A stretch of 17,559 bases of DNA from Verrucomicrobiota bacterium (GTDB lineage: Bacteria > Verrucomicrobiota > Verrucomicrobiia > Limisphaerales > CANJXF01): NCBI GenBank assembly GCA_038214755.1, contig JBBQRQ010000106.1, positions 1-17,559 of the forward strand. The letters run 5' to 3'. Positions within the stretch are counted from its first letter, which is position 1. Every line of letters begins with the position of its first letter. The notes beneath the pieces are model-generated. The model was not told the origin of the DNA, searched no databases, and was given only the letters and a program-made list of their open reading frames with translations. Below are positions 15,566 to 17,559 of the stretch, piece after piece. Made by a program: the position numbers and the translations under genes.

Positions 15566-15652
15566 TGGTGCCGACGGAGGGGGTCGAACCCACACACTCT
15601 TGCGAGTACTAGATTTTGAGTCTAGCGCGTCTGCCAATTCCGCCACATCGGC
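15566..15652 (-). tRNA. tRNA-Leu (anticodon CAA), 87 nt, encoded CCA
   Basis: GCCGATGTGGCGGAATTGGCAGACGCG-CTAGA-CTCAAAA-TCTAG, a long variable arm, then GGGTTCGACCCC-CTCCGTCGGC-ACCA. Confidence 0.97.
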
Positions 15653-15660
15653 AACCCATT

Positions 15661-15699
15661 GCGGGGCGCAACGTAGCACAGGATTTTTCCAACCTGCAA
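15661..15699 (-). promoter_or_regulatory. Putative sigma70 promoter of tRNA-Leu
   Basis: On the minus strand, TTGCAG (15699-15694), 18 nt, then TACGTT (15675-15670) preceded by an extended-10 TG and followed by a GC-rich discriminator GCGCCCCGC. Confidence 0.55.
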
Positions 15700-15765
15700 G
15701 TGGGGAAATGGTTTGCGGGATTCTGCGGGTGTCATGAAAACCGGGTGAGTTTGGATTTGGTTTCC

Positions 15766-15888
15766 TTGGACTGCGGCGGCATGACGCCGCTTTTCCTGCA
15801 CGTTACGCGATGGAGAAAGTGCGCAAATGAATGAGCTTGCCGGCTTTTTCACCGTCCCGCCAAAGCGGGAACGTTTCCCCCGGTCCAA
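15766..15888. repeat. Intergenic TGGA-type REP doublet
   Basis: TTGGACTGCGGCGGCATGACGCCGCTTT and the inverted, decayed partner AAAGCGGGAACGTTTCCCCCGGTCCAA. Confidence 0.65.
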
Positions 15889-15979
15889 TCATTAGATCGG
15901 GTTCCAACCTCACCTGCTTTTAATCACCCGTGTTCCGCTTTGAATCTGCGGAGAGGCGGTGTTCTGGAACGCGCGATGT

Positions 15980-16606
15980 TTATTTTTCCGAAACGGCGTT
16001 GAGTTCTTCGGCGGTCCACGGATTCTGGCGATCTTTGAATTGCGCGCGTTGCGTTTTGACTTGTTCAGCGGTGACAGCAGAAGCGGTGTTGCCCCACTCT
16101 TTGTTACCGCGAATGAAGGTAATCACCGCGGCCAGATCTTCGTCGGATAAATTCAAATCACGGCCCATCGCCGGCATGGTGAGATTGGAATATTGAACCC
16201 CTTTGATTGTCATCGGCCCAGTCAAGCCGCCGTACACAATACGAATAAGTCGGTTCGGCCCGGGCGCGAGAACCCATTCCGAACCGGCAAGCGGAGGAAA
16301 TTGTCCCGCGACGCCCAAGCCGCTCGCCTGATGACAGGCGACACAGCCAGCGGCGGTAAAAACATTTCTTCCTTTTGCAAACAGAATGTCGCCCGCGCCT
16401 TTTGGCTGCAAATTTTCAACCATTTTCCAGGAATCATAGGGTTGATAAACTTTCGCGTTGAAACCTCCGCCGTATTTGTCGAGGTAAAGTTCGCCGAGAA
16501 AAAAGAGCGCGCCAAGAATCAGAAACAGAACAATCGGAACCGGCGCGAAACCAACCGTGGGTTCGGCTTCCTCAAGAACGGAAGAAATTTTCGGTTCGGG
16601 ATTCAT
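15980..16606 (-). CDS. Membrane-anchored class I cytochrome c in a cbb3-type oxidase-like operon
   Basis: N-terminal TM helix, heme motif CVACH, GQFPPLAGSEWV and distal Met in TMPAMG. ATGA overlap with the upstream gene. Confidence 0.88.
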   Translation of the reverse strand: MNPEPKISSVLEEAEPTVGFAPVPIVLFLILGALFFLGELYLDKYGGGFNAKVYQPYDSWKMVENLQPKGAGDILFAKGRNVFTAAGCVACHQASGLGVAGQFPPLAGSEWVLAPGPNRLIRIVYGGLTGPMTIKGVQYSNLTMPAMGRDLNLSDEDLAAVITFIRGNKEWGNTASAVTAEQVKTQRAQFKDRQNPWTAEELNAVSEK

Positions 16607-17340
16607 TTCGCGGGTGAATTCGTCGATGGCGTTTCCGCCGACGTGTTGGTTGAAGCGGACGTATTCGTCGCAGCGGGCAAATTGGTTGAGGCCGCGACGA
16701 TGTTGGTGCTCGGCGTGAGCGAGGGCAATTCGTAGAGCGGCGTGTCGGAACGCAAGCTTTGCAGATATGCCACGAGCGCGATGGCCTCGTTACGAGGGAC
16801 AATTTCGTAATCGCCCTCCGGCGCGAACGTCGGCGGCAGCTTCAAACCCACCGAATAAATTTTGGCGGATTTTTTTCGTTTCTCAAAAAGGAACGGATAG
16901 GAGGGCATGTTGGATTTTTCACCGCTGCCCATCGTGATTTTTGGATTGTAAAGATGGAGCAGATGCCAACTCGCGTCGGGGCGGCGAAGACCGATGTTGG
17001 TCAAGTCGGGGCCGATGCGTTGCGAACCGGCCATCACCGGCGAATCAAAAAGATAATCGGCGGTCAGGGTGCGGCGTTCGCCCCAGCCGCGGGCGAAATC
17101 GGGGCCGGAATTTTTGGGAGCCACTTGCTGGCTATGGCAATAGAAACAACCGTTGGCCCGATAAATTTGCGCGCCTTGCGACGCGAGACCGGCGCGGTGT
17201 TGCGGGTAAAGTTGTCCGGTTTTTTCGTTCGGTTCGGGATTTTGATTTCCGAGTTGCAGTTGCGGGCCGAGCACGAGTCCGAGCCACGAGAGCGACATCG
17301 TGAAAAAGATTCCGAGAAAAATGAGCGGGCCGAAATTCAT
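16603..17340 (-). CDS. ccoO: cbb3-type cytochrome c oxidase subunit II (CcoO/FixO-like)
   Basis: Start ATG 17340 is preceded by a GGAGGT SD. Motifs GAQIYRANGCFYCHSQQV, GSQRIGPDLTNIG, WHLLHLYNP, SNMPSYPFLF and ALVAYLQSL. Confidence 0.85.
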   Translation of the reverse strand: MNFGPLIFLGIFFTMSLSWLGLVLGPQLQLGNQNPEPNEKTGQLYPQHRAGLASQGAQIYRANGCFYCHSQQVAPKNSGPDFARGWGERRTLTADYLFDSPVMAGSQRIGPDLTNIGLRRPDASWHLLHLYNPKITMGSGEKSNMPSYPFLFEKRKKSAKIYSVGLKLPPTFAPEGDYEIVPRNEAIALVAYLQSLRSDTPLYELPSLTPSTNIVAASTNLPAATNTSASTNTSAETPSTNSPAK

Positions 17341-17558
17341 GAACGCACCTCCGTTTTTCTCGTAGCCGCCGACGTGAGGAGGCGGACCTCGGCTGAGCCG
17401 GAACGATTCAGTGCAGAGCAACGCTCGACCTCACCCCGGCCCTCTCCTCCGAGGAGAGGGAGAATCTTATGCAGCGCTGGAAAATGTTCATGGTTTAGTG
17501 AGTGATGGCGCGTGCTGAGGGCAGGTTCCCTCTCCTCGGGGGAGAGGGTTAGGGTGAG
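17337..17558 (-). CDS. Probable 3' end of the upstream gene (5'-partial; by context possibly cbb3 subunit I), C-terminus largely repeat-encoded
   Basis: A stop-free frame of 73 codons runs from the window end to a TGA overlapping the ccoO ATG (ATGA), the same coupling as ccoO/cytochrome c. No homology is visible in this stretch. Confidence 0.4.
   Translation of the reverse strand, partial: LTLTLSPEEREPALSTRHHSLNHEHFPALHKILPLLGGEGRGEVERCSALNRSGSAEVRLLTSAATRKTEVRS
17362..17385. repeat. GTAG-type REP-like element
   Basis: GTAGCCGCCGACGTGAGGAGGCGG: GTAG followed by a CCGCC/GGCGG hairpin. Confidence 0.6.
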
Positions 17559-17559
17559 G
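17429..17559. repeat. BoxC-like CCCTCTCC/GGAGAGGG palindromic doublet at the window end
   Basis: CCTCACCCCGGCCCTCTCCTCCGAGGAGAGGGAGA (17429-17463) and the inverted TTCCCTCTCCTCGGGGGAGAGGGTTAGGGTGAGG (17526-17559). Confidence 0.8.

Noticed and set aside
15253..15652. Integrative element at tRNA-Leu
   Set aside because: I saw no integrase and no duplicated tRNA 3' end (att site) in the window.
17341..17421. N-terminal extension of ccoO in the ORF track
   Set aside because: A strong GGAGGT SD precedes ATG 17340, and the extension is REP-derived sequence.
16759..17505. 248-aa plus-strand ORF and the many other short ORFs overlapping assigned genes
   Set aside because: These are antisense or out-of-frame shadows of well-supported genes with no domain signatures.

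Overview
This is a bacterial window, probably from a Verrucomicrobiota (Pedosphaera-like) genome. That assignment is inferred from the protein families and repeat types, not tested. It begins in the 3' end of an IS4-family element and ends inside a palindromic repeat. The left arm (1-6791) is an accessory cell-surface locus. A small XRE regulator is divergent from a 1530-aa secreted multidomain protein (LamG, DxDxDG repeats, two RCC1 blocks, two Ig domains, TIGR03790-like C-terminus). That gene is followed by a translationally coupled array of three paralogous PEP-CTERM-family genes: one intact, one frameshifted and one cut by the IS. The rest holds glnE, a six-hairpin glycosidase-like gene, a secreted esterase, a PQQ-type beta-propeller gene, tRNA-Leu(CAA) and the 3' part of a cbb3-type oxidase-like operon. 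Two things stand out. (1) REP/REPIN-like palindromic elements of several sequence families sit in frame inside three consecutive genes (glnE, glycosidase-like, esterase) and probably in the C-terminus of the gene upstream of ccoO, adding about 30-45 aa each. (2) The TIGR03790-like domain shows gingipain/peptidase-C25-like motif order with a His/Ser pair and sits directly upstream of a PEP-CTERM array. There are also two candidate structured RNAs.
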